NCBI GenBank assembly: GCA_963723785.1
Contig: CAVRSB010000019.1
Location: 8,459-72,458, forward strand
Length of the DNA stretch: 64,000 bases
Reading direction: 5' to 3'
Origin: an uncultured Actinomycetes bacterium
GTDB taxonomy: Bacteria > Actinomycetota > Thermoleophilia > Gaiellales > JAICJC01
Below are positions 20,813 to 31,159 of the stretch, in pieces; position 1 is the stretch's first letter; every line of letters starts with the position of its first letter. The notes beneath the pieces were generated by a model. It had not been told where the DNA came from, searched no databases, and saw only the letters and a program-made list of their open reading frames with translations. Position numbers and translations under genes: made by a program.

Positions 20813-21485
20813 CGTCAGCGACCTTGTATCCGACGCCCCAGACGGTGGCAACCGGACAATCGTCGCCGAGCTTGCGCCGCAACTGGCGCACGTGCACATC
20901 CACCGTGCGGGTATCACCGGCAAACGTGTAGCCCCACACCCGCTCCAGCAGCTGGTCGCGGGTCAGCACCAATCCGCGGTGGTCGAGCAGCTCCCACAGC
21001 AGGTCGAACTCCTTGGGCGCCAGCTGCACCTGCTCGCCGCGCACCGTCACCTCGCGCCGGCCCGCGTCGATGCGCACGTTGCCGTGCTCCATGGCGGCTT
21101 CCTGGGGCCTTCTGGCGGTGGTGGCCGACCGTCGCAGGATCGTCTTGATGCGGGCCACCAGCTCGCGCGGATTGAACGGCTTGGTGAGGTAGTCGTCGGC
21201 CCCCACCTCGAGTCCGACGATCTTGTCGACATCGTCGTCGCGGGCGGTCAGCATCAGGATGGGGACGTCTGAGCTGGAGCGGATCTGGCGGCAGATCTCG
21301 AGGCCGTCCATATCCGGCAGCATCAGGTCGAGCACCATCAGGTCAGGCTTGGTGCTCTCAAACTTGGCCAGCGCTTCTGCCCCGTCACGGGCGATGTCGA
21401 CGGTGTACCGCTCTTTTTTCAGATACATCGAGACGAACGAGGCAATATTCCGCTCGTCCTCGACGATCAGAATCTTTTCCGCCAA
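20796..21485 (-). CDS. OmpR/PhoB family response regulator
   Basis: [23 protein letters not shown], winged helix [21 protein letters not shown]. Confidence 0.95.
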   Translation of the reverse strand: MAEKILIVEDERNIASFVSMYLKKERYTVDIARDGAEALAKFESTKPDLMVLDLMLPDMDGLEICRQIRSSSDVPILMLTARDDDVDKIVGLEVGADDYLTKPFNPRELVARIKTILRRSATTARRPQEAAMEHGNVRIDAGRREVTVRGEQVQLAPKEFDLLWELLDHRGLVLTRDQLLERVWGYTFAGDTRTVDVHVRQLRRKLGDDCPVATVWGVGYKVADDAAVT

Positions 21486-21488
21486 GGG

Positions 21489-21938
21489 TTACCACCGGAT
21501 CGAAAGCGGGTGAGACGACGAAGACCATTTCTTCTTTGGCCCGTTGTTCACAGTGTAGTCGCCCGATCCGTTGAGGGTCACGCTGGCCCGCGCCGTCGAG
21601 CTGAAGTTGGAGACGGTGCCGGTGATCTTGACCCAGAAGTCCCCGCTGGCCTTGAGGCACATCGTGTTCCCCTTGTACACGGTGGCCTTGAGCTTCGAGT
21701 CCCAGTGGTGGCTGGAGGCGCCGCTGACGGTGGTGTTGCCGCCGCGCACGGCGATCGAGCCGGTCTTCACGCTGGCGACACTCGCGCCGCTGGCGGAGTC
21801 CTCGGTGACGGTGCCGGTTCCCTTCGCCCAGACGTAGCCGCAGTGGCTGCAGGACGGTTTGGCGGTGGCGGCGGATGCGACAGTGGCCGCCGTGCCGAAC
21901 GCGACCATACACACCACCCCGCAGAGAACCCTTTTCAT
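21489..21938 (-). CDS. Secreted hypothetical protein, first gene of the two-component operon
   Basis: Signal peptide MKRVL...ASAA, CSHC motif, beta-rich; ends 3 nt before the regulator start. Confidence 0.7.
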   Translation of the reverse strand: MKRVLCGVVCMVAFGTAATVASAATAKPSCSHCGYVWAKGTGTVTEDSASGASVASVKTGSIAVRGGNTTVSGASSHHWDSKLKATVYKGNTMCLKASGDFWVKITGTVSNFSSTARASVTLNGSGDYTVNNGPKKKWSSSSHPLSIRW

Positions 21939-21944
21939 ACTCTC

Positions 21945-21999
21945 ATCATGTGGAAGGGCTGCGGAGACGTCTACAGCGCGTCTGTAAGGCTTCTGTAAA
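21945..21999 (-). promoter_or_regulatory. Tandem direct repeat (11-bp period) plus leaderless -10 upstream of the two-component operon
   Basis: TCTGTAAG 21981-21988 and TCTGTAAA 21992-21999 (minus strand TTTACAGA-N3-CTTACAGA); CATGAT at 21945-21950, 6 nt before the ATG. Confidence 0.6.
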
Positions 22000-22014
22000 G
22001 TCGGGTTTTGCCGG

Positions 22015-23544
22015 TCAGGTGGCGATATCGACGGCTCGCGACTCCCGGATCACGGTCACCTTGATCTGTCCGGGGTATTCGAGGTTGTCCTCGATCTCAC
22101 GGGCGATCTCCTGGCTCATCAGCGCGGCGGTGTCGTCGTCGATCTCCTCGGGCTTGACCATCACGCGGATCTCGCGGCCGGCCTGCATGGCGTAGCAGCG
22201 TTCCACGCCCCGCTTCGAAGTGGCGATCTCCTCCAGCGCCTCCAGCCGCTGAATGTAGCCCTCGAGGCTCTCGCCGCGGCCACCGGGACGGGACGCCGAC
22301 ACGGCATCGGCGGCGATCACCAGCACCGCTTCGACCGTCTGGGGCTCCACGTCGTAGTGGTGTGCCTCGATCGCGTGGCAGACGCTGGGGCTCTCACGGT
22401 AGCGCTTGGCCAGCTGGGCGGAGATGACCGCGTGCGGCCCCTCGACCTCGTGGGTGACCGCCTTGCCCAGATCGTGCAGCAACGCGGCCCGCCGGGCGGT
22501 CTTCTGACTGGCTCCCAGCTCGGCGGCCATGATCGCCGCCAGGTGCGCGCACTCGACCGAGTGCTTCAGCACGTTCTGACCGTAGGAGGTGCGGTAGTGC
22601 AGCCGGCCGAGCACCTTGATCAACTCGGGATGCAGGCCGTGGACGTTGGCCTCCAGCGATGCCTGTTCCCCCGCCTCGATCATCTTCTGCTCGATCTCGG
22701 CTTTGGCCTGGAGGTACATCTCTTCGATCCGGGACGGATGGATGCGACCGTCGGCGATCAGGCTCTGGATGGTCAGCCGGGCGATCTCACGACGGACGCC
22801 GTCGAAGGCCGACAGCACCACCGCCTGGGGCGTGTCGTCGATGATGATGTCGACGCCGGTGAGATTCTCCAGGGCGCGGATGTTTCGGCCTTCGCGACCG
22901 ATGATGCGGCCTTTGAGATCGTCCGAAGGAAGTTGCACCACCGAGACGGTCGTCTCTGCTGTGTGCCCCGAGGCGGTGCGCTGGATCGCGACCGACAAGA
23001 TGTTTCGCGCGCGCCGGTCGGCCTCCAGCTTGGCCTCCTCTTCGACGGCCCGCACCAGCTTGGCCATCTGCTTACGGCTGGTCTCCTCAGTGCGTTCCAG
23101 CAGCAGGTCGCGGGCCTGGGCGGCGGTCATGCTCGACACCCGCTCTAGCTCTGCCAGCTCGGCGTCGCGGGCGATCTTGAGCTCCTCCTGGAGCTGTTTG
23201 GCGTGCACGTCGCGGTCGGTGATCGACTGCTCGCGCCGGGCCAGTTCCTCGGCCTTGGACTCGGAGGCGGTCTCGCGCGCAGCCAGCCGCTCCTCGAGCT
23301 TGGCCACCTCGGCTCGTCGGTCGGAGATTTCGCGCTCGCTTTCGGAGCGCTGGGCGAGGAGTTCCTCGCGTGCGGTGACGCGAGCCTCCTTCATTTGGGC
23401 CTCGGCTTCGCGGCCGGCATCTTGGAGGATTCGATCGGCCTCGCGTTGGGCATCGGCCAGCCGGCCGGCACCCATGCGAGCGTGGGCAAAGTAGCCCACG
23501 ACGATCCCCGCGGCCAGCGCAAGGAGGATGAGAAGAGCGTCCAC
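22015..23544 (-). CDS. rny: Ribonuclease Y
   Basis: N-terminal TM, coiled coil, KH domain KGRIIGREGRNIR, HD domain RTSYGQN...LHDLGK, YPGQIKVTVIRE. Confidence 0.97.
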   Translation of the reverse strand: MDALLILLALAAGIVVGYFAHARMGAGRLADAQREADRILQDAGREAEAQMKEARVTAREELLAQRSESEREISDRRAEVAKLEERLAARETASESKAEELARREQSITDRDVHAKQLQEELKIARDAELAELERVSSMTAAQARDLLLERTEETSRKQMAKLVRAVEEEAKLEADRRARNILSVAIQRTASGHTAETTVSVVQLPSDDLKGRIIGREGRNIRALENLTGVDIIIDDTPQAVVLSAFDGVRREIARLTIQSLIADGRIHPSRIEEMYLQAKAEIEQKMIEAGEQASLEANVHGLHPELIKVLGRLHYRTSYGQNVLKHSVECAHLAAIMAAELGASQKTARRAALLHDLGKAVTHEVEGPHAVISAQLAKRYRESPSVCHAIEAHHYDVEPQTVEAVLVIAADAVSASRPGGRGESLEGYIQRLEALEEIATSKRGVERCYAMQAGREIRVMVKPEEIDDDTAALMSQEIAREIEDNLEYPGQIKVTVIRESRAVDIAT

Positions 23545-23593
23545 CGCGTCTCCTTCGAGTTGTGTGCCCCCATGTGGGCGGGCTGGAAGTCAG

Positions 23594-23751
23594 AAAAACG
23601 CGTGTAAACCCCGGCTGTCGCCCGAATTCACCGGTCACAACTCGCATCGGCTCCGCGCGAACGAAGCTGGGACGCGAACCGCGACGAGTGAAGCCGGGAT
23701 AGCGTCCGGGCCTCGACCCGGCAGCGTCCAACTCACCGATGTTCACACTCA
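23594..23751 (-). ncRNA. Candidate structured small RNA (6S-like rod) between recX and rny
   Basis: The 5' GUGUGAAC pairs with the 3' GUUUACAC; long internal stem UUCACUCGUCGCGGUUCGC / GCGAGUUGUGACCGGUGAA rich in G-U pairs; followed by U5; preceded by a promoter. Confidence 0.55.
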
Positions 23752-23757
23752 CGAACC

Positions 23758-23787
23758 ATGGTACCCGTCTACTGGGTCTGGGTGCAA
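23758..23787 (-). promoter_or_regulatory. Sigma70-type promoter TTGCAC-N18-TACCAT
   Basis: -35 at 23782-23787 and -10 at 23758-23763 on the minus strand, directly upstream of the predicted RNA 5' end. Confidence 0.6.
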
Positions 23788-23817
23788 TCTCGTGATGGCC
23801 GGCCCAGACTCGCGAGC

Positions 23818-24426
23818 TCAGTCGAGGTCGAGCCGCAGTACCGTCGCCACCGTGTCGGCGTCGTAGCCCCGACGGCAAAGGAACGCGGAGGCTCGGGCCA
23901 GATCGCGCGGGTCGGTTGGAATCGTTCCAAACCGTTTGACCACCACCGCGTGTGCCCGCTCCCGCTCCCGGTCGGGTTGCTCGGCCAGTGCCTCGGCCGA
24001 CGAGCCGGGATCGACCTGGAGTCGCTGCAGGTCGTGCTCGACGCGGAGGTGGCCGTGACCGCGATCCCTGGTGCGCTCCGCCACGCTGACGGCCAGGGCC
24101 TGATCGTCGACCAAACCCACACGCCGGAGGCGCTCAACCGTCTCCTGTGCCGCCGAGCTGTCGAGACCGAGCGTCTGCAGCCGTGTGAGCAGCTCGGCCT
24201 GCGATCGCGTGCGGCGGGCGATCAGCCGCAACATCCGCTGCTCGGCCGCGTCGACCTGCGCATGCCGGCCGAGCAGGGTGCGGGTGTCGTCCTCGATCCT
24301 GGTGCCCACCGTCAGCCCAAGTTCCAGCACCCGGCGCTCGTGCACCCGGCAGCGGTCTCCGTCCGAGGTACAGACGTCAACCATCGCCGGATGCGATCGA
24401 GCGCGCCGGAGTGCCGTGACCTCCAC
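23818..24426 (-). CDS. recX: Regulatory protein RecX
   Basis: [33 protein letters not shown]; immediately downstream of recA. Confidence 0.88.
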   Translation of the reverse strand: MEVTALRRARSHPAMVDVCTSDGDRCRVHERRVLELGLTVGTRIEDDTRTLLGRHAQVDAAEQRMLRLIARRTRSQAELLTRLQTLGLDSSAAQETVERLRRVGLVDDQALAVSVAERTRDRGHGHLRVEHDLQRLQVDPGSSAEALAEQPDRERERAHAVVVKRFGTIPTDPRDLARASAFLCRRGYDADTVATVLRLDLD

Positions 24427-25558
24427 GGGCTAGCGCTAATTGCGAGTTCTGAGAACTCAGAGCATCCTCGGGCGAACTTAGCGCGTCCTCGGGCAGCTCA
24501 GCTGACTCGGCTGTCTCGGCAGGCATTTCCAACGGCGGGTTGTTGTTGACGCGTGGCTCTCTAATCGGCACCACCGTGTCGGGCATGGCCGCCTGGATGC
24601 CCTCCAGTACCTGGATGGTGACGTCGGGATGCTCGACCATGAAGGCCTTGACGTTGGTGCGTCCCTGGCCCAGCCGCTCGTCGCCGAACGAGAAGTACGA
24701 GCCGGCCTTGGTAATCACCTTCTTCTCGAGGGCGACGTCGAGCACCGAGCCTTCCCAGGAGATGCCTTCGCCGTAGGCGATGTCGAACTCCGCCTGCTTG
24801 AACGGCGGGGACACCTTGTTCTTGACGACCTTCACCCGGCAGCGGTTTCCGACCGCCTCGGTGCCTTCCTTGAGCGTCTCGATGCGACGGATGTCCAGCC
24901 TGACCGACGAGTAGAACTTGAGAGCGCGACCACCGGTCGTGGTCTCGGGCGAACCGAACATCACCCCGATCTTCTCGCGCAGCTGGTTGGTGAAGATGCA
25001 GATCGTGCCGGTGCGGTTGAGGTTACCGGCGATCTTGCGCAGGGCCTGGCTCATCAGCCGGGCCTGCAGGCCGACGTGGGAGTCGCCCATCTCGCCCTCG
25101 ATCTCGGCTCGCGGCACCAGCGCGGCAACCGAGTCGATCACCAGCACGTCCAGGGCTCCTGAGCGGATCAGCATCTCGGAGATCTCCAGCGCCTGCTCGC
25201 CGTTGTCTGGCTGTGACAGCAGCAGATCGTCCACATTGACGCCGATACGCCGGGCATAGCTCGGGTCCATCGCATGCTCGGCATCGATGAACGCGGCCAG
25301 GCCACCCCTCCGCTGTGCTTCTGCGATCACGTGGTAGCAGAGCGTGGTCTTGCCTGATGACTCGGGGCCGAACACCTCGACCACGCGGCCACGTGGAAGA
25401 CCGCCGATTCCGAGTGCGAGGTCGAGTGACAGCGCTCCGGTGGAAACGACATCGATGTCGACCGGTGAGGCATCGCCCATCTTCATGATCGCGCCCTTGC
25501 CGAACTGCCGCTCGATCTGGCTTACCGCCGCATCCAAAGCTTCTTCTTTTTTCTCCAT
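24377..25558 (-). CDS. recA: Recombinase RecA (true stop uncertain, between ~24377 and 24480)
   Basis: [57 protein letters not shown]; ATG at 25558 after an AGGAAGG-like RBS. Confidence 0.97.
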   Translation of the reverse strand: MEKKEEALDAAVSQIERQFGKGAIMKMGDASPVDIDVVSTGALSLDLALGIGGLPRGRVVEVFGPESSGKTTLCYHVIAEAQRRGGLAAFIDAEHAMDPSYARRIGVNVDDLLLSQPDNGEQALEISEMLIRSGALDVLVIDSVAALVPRAEIEGEMGDSHVGLQARLMSQALRKIAGNLNRTGTICIFTNQLREKIGVMFGSPETTTGGRALKFYSSVRLDIRRIETLKEGTEAVGNRCRVKVVKNKVSPPFKQAEFDIAYGEGISWEGSVLDVALEKKVITKAGSYFSFGDERLGQGRTNVKAFMVEHPDVTIQVLEGIQAAMPDTVVPIREPRVNNNPPLEMPAETAESAELPEDALSSPEDALSSQNSQLALARGGHGTPARSIASGDG

Positions 25559-25646
25559 AGTGATCACCTTCCTGGGCCGCACTGTGCGCCGAGACGCAGG
25601 GGGACGAAGTGTACGAGCCGCGTCCGACGGATCCACCGTGCGGACA

Positions 25647-25660
25647 CGAACACGCGTTCG
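25647..25660. promoter_or_regulatory. LexA SOS box upstream of recA
   Basis: CGAAC-ACGC-GTTCG matches the Gram-positive GAAC-N4-GTTC box; a TAGGAT -10 lies at 25669-25674 on the minus strand. Confidence 0.85.
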
Positions 25661-25693
25661 ATGGGAGAATCCTAGACGCCCCACCGGACGCAC

Positions 25694-26985
25694 TCAAGCG
25701 TCGAGGTGTTTCGGCCCTGTGCCGAGATGCGCCACGATCAGATGCAGAGCGGCCGTGGTGGCCCGTTCTCGCACGATGTGCGCGGTCGCCGGTGAACTCG
25801 TGCCGTGCGCCGACCTCGCCCAGCGGTGAGCTGAGGTGCAGGTAGACGAGACCCACCGGCTTGTCGGGGCTGCCGCCTCCCGGGCCGGCGATACCGGTCA
25901 CGGAGACGGCCACGTCGGCGCCCAGTGAGGCCCGCGCTCCGGCCGCCATTGCCGCAGCCGTCTCGGCGCTGACAGCGCCATGTGCTTCCAGCACTGCCTC
26001 CGGCACATTCAGCAGGTCGTGTTTGACGTCGTCGGAGTAGCTCACGATCGCCCCCAGGAACACCTTCGAGCTACCGGGGATATCGGTGATCAGCCGGGCG
26101 ATCGCACCGCCCGTGCACGACTCCGCGGTGGCCAGCGTCCAGCCGCGGTCTGCGATCGCATCGGCAACGATCTCGGCCACCGGGGCCTCGTCGGTGGCAA
26201 ACACGTAGTCGCCCAGCTCGCGGCGCATGGCGGCGGCGAACTCGGTGCCCCGCTGCTCGGCGCCCTGGTCGGCGCGGATGTCGATCTCGACCTCGAACCT
26301 GCGCGCGCAGATCGATGTCTCCACGCCTGCGGGGTCGCCGCCCAGGTCGGCGAAGATATCGGCCACGTGCGACTCGCCCATCCCATAGGTGCGAAGCAGC
26401 CGTGCGCGCCCGCGGCCGGGCGCGGGCGAACAGCCCTGCCAGCCGCGGATGCTGCGGCGCCAGCTCCCATAGGCGGCGCAGCTCTGAGGGAACGCCGGGC
26501 AGCACCACAACTGCCGCCGAGCCGACGTTGAGCACCAGCCCCGGCGCGGTGCCGGCCAGGCCCAGCACCTCGGACCCGGCAGGGATGTGCGCCTGCTTGA
26601 GGTTGCCGGCGTCAAATCGGTCGGGATCGAAACCGTTGCGGGCCGCCACTTCGGCAGTCCAACGGTTGACCCGGTCGAGTACGTCCTGATCGATCACCAA
26701 CTCGACCCCGGCGAGCCCGGCGATGGCCTCCACGGTGCGATCGTCGTGGGTCGGCCCCAGGCCTCCCGAGGTCACCACCAGGTCGTGCCCTGCGACCAGC
26801 TCCCCCAGCCCGCGGGCGATCGGATCGAGGCCGTCGCCGACGGTCATCGAGCGTTCCACCGAGAACCCATGCAGCTCGAGGCTGCGGGCCAGGTGCGAAG
26901 CATTGAGGTCTGAGATCACGCCGCGCAGGAGCTCGTTGCCCGTAAGCAGGATCGCAGCGGTTGGGCGGGCGGTGCTCTCGGTCAA
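25694..26985 (-). CDS. cinA: CinA family competence/damage-inducible protein (NMN deamidase; frameshifted)
   Basis: GNELL.G, SGGLGPTHDD, GTAPG, LPGVPSE in ORF 26071..26985; AESCTGG, GAVS, VTGIAGPGG...KPVG in another frame. Confidence 0.92.
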
Positions 26986-27788
26986 GCCGGTGAGAGGCCG
27001 GTGCGGGAGACGCGGATCGGGGTTCCGGCGGCCGCACCAGAGGGCAGCGGGGTTGTCTTGCCGTTAATCGACACCTGGAGGCTGCCCGGAGCACCCACGC
27101 TCATGTACACGGGCGCCTTGGACTTGAAGGTGACCGTCGCGTCCACCGCCGGATCGATGGGATAGCCGGACAGGTCGGTGCCGTGCGTGGACATCACCGG
27201 GTCGCCGCCCGAAGGCGCCGTGGTGATCGCCACCCAGCAGCGCTCAGACGCCGTCAGAGTGACCGTGAACTGCTTGTGAGCAGCCTTGTGCGATCCCTTG
27301 GTGTCGGCCTTCTTGGTGGTGCTGGGCTCGGTCGTGAGCCCGTTACCGGTGCTGGAGGTCGTATGGGTGCTGGGAGTCGTCAGCAGCGGAGCGCGGTTGG
27401 ACGGCTGCTTCAGCGCCACCAGAAAAATCACCGACGTGACCGCCACGATCGCTGCCAGCACGATCATCACCAGGTGCGACTCCCGGCGGCGGCGGTGCTG
27501 GTGAGGACGCGACCGCGGGTGGGATGCGATTGGCTGGTCGAACTCTCGACGGGGATCGTGGTGGCGAGAGTTGAACTCGTCCACGAACAGCTCGCCGTCC
27601 AGCCCCAGGTACTCGGCATACGACCGCAGGAAGCCCTTGGTGTACGTCGGGCCGGGGAGAATGTCGAACTCCTCCTCCTCGAGCGCACGGATGTACCGCG
27701 AACGGATCGCGGTATCGGCCTCGACCTGGCTGTACGCCAAGCCGCGGCGCTCGCGTGCCTCTCGAAGTGAAGGACCAATCTCAAACAT
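26982..27788 (-). CDS. RodZ-like helix-turn-helix membrane protein
   Basis: IG..LREARE.RGL, YIRALEEE.FD.LPG..Y.KGFLR.YAEYLGLD, one TM helix, C-terminal CWV...GAPG...ING domain. Confidence 0.88.
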   Translation of the reverse strand: MFEIGPSLREARERRGLAYSQVEADTAIRSRYIRALEEEEFDILPGPTYTKGFLRSYAEYLGLDGELFVDEFNSRHHDPRREFDQPIASHPRSRPHQHRRRRESHLVMIVLAAIVAVTSVIFLVALKQPSNRAPLLTTPSTHTTSSTGNGLTTEPSTTKKADTKGSHKAAHKQFTVTLTASERCWVAITTAPSGGDPVMSTHGTDLSGYPIDPAVDATVTFKSKAPVYMSVGAPGSLQVSINGKTTPLPSGAAAGTPIRVSRTGLSPA

Positions 27789-27827
27789 GACCGTGCTCGC
27801 CCCAGCCGGTGGTAGACGGCCCTGAGT

Positions 27828-28715
27828 CTATCGTGCCGGGCCGGCCGGGGTGTCGAACGGCCGGTAGCGGTCTCGCAGCGCGCCCACCAGGCCGGCGGCG
27901 CTCGCCACCAGCACCAGCACGAACACGTATCCGGCGATCGTCTCGCCGCAGTCAGGTCCGCATCCGCCGGTGCTTCCCAGTCCAATCGGCGCCAGCAGCC
28001 ACACCCCGATCGCCACCAGCGGGGTCAGCGCCGCCACCAATCCCATGCGGGCGCCGAACAGAAACCCCAGCAGGGACGCCTGGAGCAAAAGCATCAGCCC
28101 GGTGTACTGCTGGGAGCCGCGGGCAGCGCCGGCCAGGACGATCAGCAGATCGGCGGTGATACCGATGGTGATCGGAAGGACGTACGCGGCCCACGGGATG
28201 CGAGGGCCCTTGATGCCCATCACCTGCCGCACCAGCGAGGGGTTTGCCGTCGACAGCGATTCCAACGCGGCGCGGGTGAGATCGAACTGCTCCATGGCGG
28301 CGTCGAGCCAGTCCTGGCCGTTGGCCACCCTGCCCCGCAGGCGGTTGCGGGCGAGCTCGCCGGACTCGTTCAGCACATGATCGATTCCCAACGTGGCCCG
28401 CCCCAGGCGCTGGTGCACGTGCTCGGGCTGGGCCGCAACCTCGACCGCCATGCCGTTCAGGGAGAACTCCGCAAACACGGCGTTCTCGTAGTCCAGGGAG
28501 CCGCCGTGCAGCACAAATCCTTCCCGATCGCCGTGACTGCGTTCGAGCGTGCGCGCAAACGCCGGCAGGTCGACCGCCCGGCAGACGATCTCGACCGGAT
28601 CATCGGGGCCGGCGATCTGCAGCGGGTAGCTGCCGACGATCACCGGCGAATAGGGCGCGAGCGCGTCCATCAGCCCATCGTCCTGCAGCCGCTGATACCA
28701 GTCCTCGATCACCAC
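27828..28715 (-). CDS. DUF4269-like N-terminal domain fused to a ~4-TM membrane domain
   Basis: LAPYSPVIVGSYPLQI....VEIVC...F...L, FSLNGMAVEV.AQ resemble DUF4269; the C-terminal ~120 aa are hydrophobic. Confidence 0.55.
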   Translation of the reverse strand: MVIEDWYQRLQDDGLMDALAPYSPVIVGSYPLQIAGPDDPVEIVCRAVDLPAFARTLERSHGDREGFVLHGGSLDYENAVFAEFSLNGMAVEVAAQPEHVHQRLGRATLGIDHVLNESGELARNRLRGRVANGQDWLDAAMEQFDLTRAALESLSTANPSLVRQVMGIKGPRIPWAAYVLPITIGITADLLIVLAGAARGSQQYTGLMLLLQASLLGFLFGARMGLVAALTPLVAIGVWLLAPIGLGSTGGCGPDCGETIAGYVFVLVLVASAAGLVGALRDRYRPFDTPAGPAR

Positions 28716-28739
28716 CGGACTGTAACCCGGCGGCGGGGA

Positions 28740-31098
28740 TCAGAAGGTTGCTTGGGTGTCCTCGCCCGGTTCCGGGGCGGGGCGTGATTCTCCCAGGATG
28801 CGCGGCAGATCGGCCTCGGTGATCAGCACCTTACGGGCCTTGGAGCCCTCGTACCCCGAGACGATTCCGCGCCGCTCCAGCATGTCGATCAGACGGCCGG
28901 CACGGGTGTACCCCACCCGCAGCCGCCGCTGCATCAGCGACACCGACGCGGTCTGGTGTTGTGCCACCAGCCGGATCGCGTCTTCGAGTACGGGATCCTC
29001 GTCGGCTTCCATGCGCTCGGGCTCGACGTCTGACGGCAGCTCCAGCAACTCCTCCTCGAACTCGGGCTGGGCCTGGCCGCGGCAGGCCTCCACGATCAGG
29101 CGCGTCTCCTCCTCGGAGATGTACGCGCCCTGAACACGGTTGAGCTTGGACGTGCCCAGCGGCTTGTACAGCATGTCGCCCTGCCCCAGCAGCGCCTCGG
29201 CACCGTTGACGTCCAGGATCACGCGTGAATCGGTCTGAGACGACACGGCAAACGCGATCCGGGACGGCACGTTGGCCTTGATCATTCCGGTGATCACGTC
29301 CACCCGCGGGCTCTGGGTCGCCAAAACCAGGTGAATGCCGACGGCGCGAGACTTCTGGGCGAGCCGGATGATGGCGTCCTCGACCTCTGCCGGGGCGACC
29401 ATCATCAGGTCGGCCAGCTCATCGATCACCACCAGGATGTAGGGCAGCGTGTCCTCGCCGCGCTTCAGCCGGCCGCGATTCATCTCGACCAGGTTGCGGG
29501 CTTTGGCTGCGCCCATCAGCTCGTATCGGCTCTCCATCTCGCGCACCACGTTTTGCAGCACCAGCGACGCGTTCTTCATGTTCGTCACGACCGGCGTGAG
29601 CAGGTGCGGGATCGACTCGTAGTGGTTGAGTTCGACCCGCTTGGGGTCGACCAGAATCATGCGCACCTCGTCGGGGGTGGCCCGCAGCAGGATCGAGGAG
29701 AGAATGGCGTTGATGCATCCCGACTTGCCGGCGCCGGTGGTGCCGGCGATCAGCAGGTGCGGCATGCGGGCGAGATCGCAGGCCACCCCAGCGCCGGTGA
29801 TGTCTTTGCCCAGCCATGCTGTGAGCGGGCTCGAACCTTCCGGTGGTGTCGGCGTAGATATCGCCCAAGGTGACCATGTTGGACGACGTGTTGGGCACCT
29901 CCACGCCCACCGCTTGCTTCCCCGGGATCGGCGCCAGGATGCGGATCTCGGTGGTGGCCAGGGCATAGGCCAGATCGTCGCGGAGAGCCGATACCCGGCT
30001 GACCTTGGTGCCCGGCGCCAGCTGCAGCTCGAAGCGAGTTACCCGGGGGCCGTTGACCATGCCGACCAGCCGGGCATCCACACCGAAGCTGGAGAGCGCC
30101 TCCACCAACTGTCGCGCCACCGGGGCGTGATCGACCTTGGCGCCGGTGGTCTTGCTCTTCTGCAGGATCGATTGGGAAGGTAGCCGGTAGGGAGCGCGAT
30201 CGGCGGCCAGCGTGACCCCCAGTGCAGCGGTGATGTCATCCTCGGCGGCGTCGATCGGCAGCGACTGCTGCTCTGGCTCAATCTCAGGCTCGGGAGTAAG
30301 CTCGTCCAGCGACGGCTGAGGGATGGCGGGCTCCTCTGCCGGCTGCTCCTCGATGGGAGCGAAGATGTCGGAGAAGGCCGCCTCGCCGTCCAGTGGCTTG
30401 GCCTTCTTTGGAGTCTTGGCGGTGGGTACCGCGCGCAACGACGGCCGCGACACCGGCCGGTCACGGTACATCCGCACGACCTCTTCGGACAGCCGGGCGC
30501 CGGCACCGGCAGCGCGCGCCACCCCCCGGCCCGAGGAACGCATGGCCAGGCCGATCGAGCCGCCGGTGATCAGGATTACCGCTGCCACCAGGCACAGCAC
30601 CACCAGGATGGTCACTCCCACCGGGCCGATCAGTCCCTGGAGGATCGAGCGGGCATAGGCGCCGGTGAGACCACCGTGGCGCTCAGCCGTGGTGGTGTCG
30701 GTGGTCGAGAAGGCCAGGATCGCGCCGAACAGCAGCAGCGCCACCCCGGTGCGCAACGGGCGCACGTGCAGCAGGCGCGACCGCAGGAATACCGACGCTC
30801 CAGCGATCACCAACAGCACCGGCGCCACCGCAGCCACACGGCCGGCTGTCAGGTGCAGCGCGCCGTCGATCTTTGCCCCGATCACTCCGCCGTCCCAACC
30901 CATGTACTCGACAAAGCCCAGGAAGACTCCAAGCGCGAGTAGTGAAGCGCCGATCAGATCCGGGCGATGCTGGAAAGAGTTTCGGCTCGGCGTCCGTTTC
31001 CGCTGGGGGGTCGTTGAGCGGAGGGGGGTCTTGCGCGGACGCCGAGCCGTCTTTGTACCAGCGGCGCGATGGGGTCTTCGCGTCGTTGTTCTGGCCAT
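28740..31098 (-). CDS. ftsK: DNA translocase FtsK (frameshift near 29840)
   Basis: 4-TM N-terminus, GPRVTRFE, APIPGK..VGVEVPN; MPHLLIAGTTGAGKS, VIDELADLM, gamma domain MQRRLRVGYTRAGRLID. Confidence 0.96.
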
Positions 31099-31159
31099 CG
31101 ACGGTGCAATTCGCCTTCGCGTTACCGATTCCTTCAACGCTTGCGGCAGGTTCCCGCGG

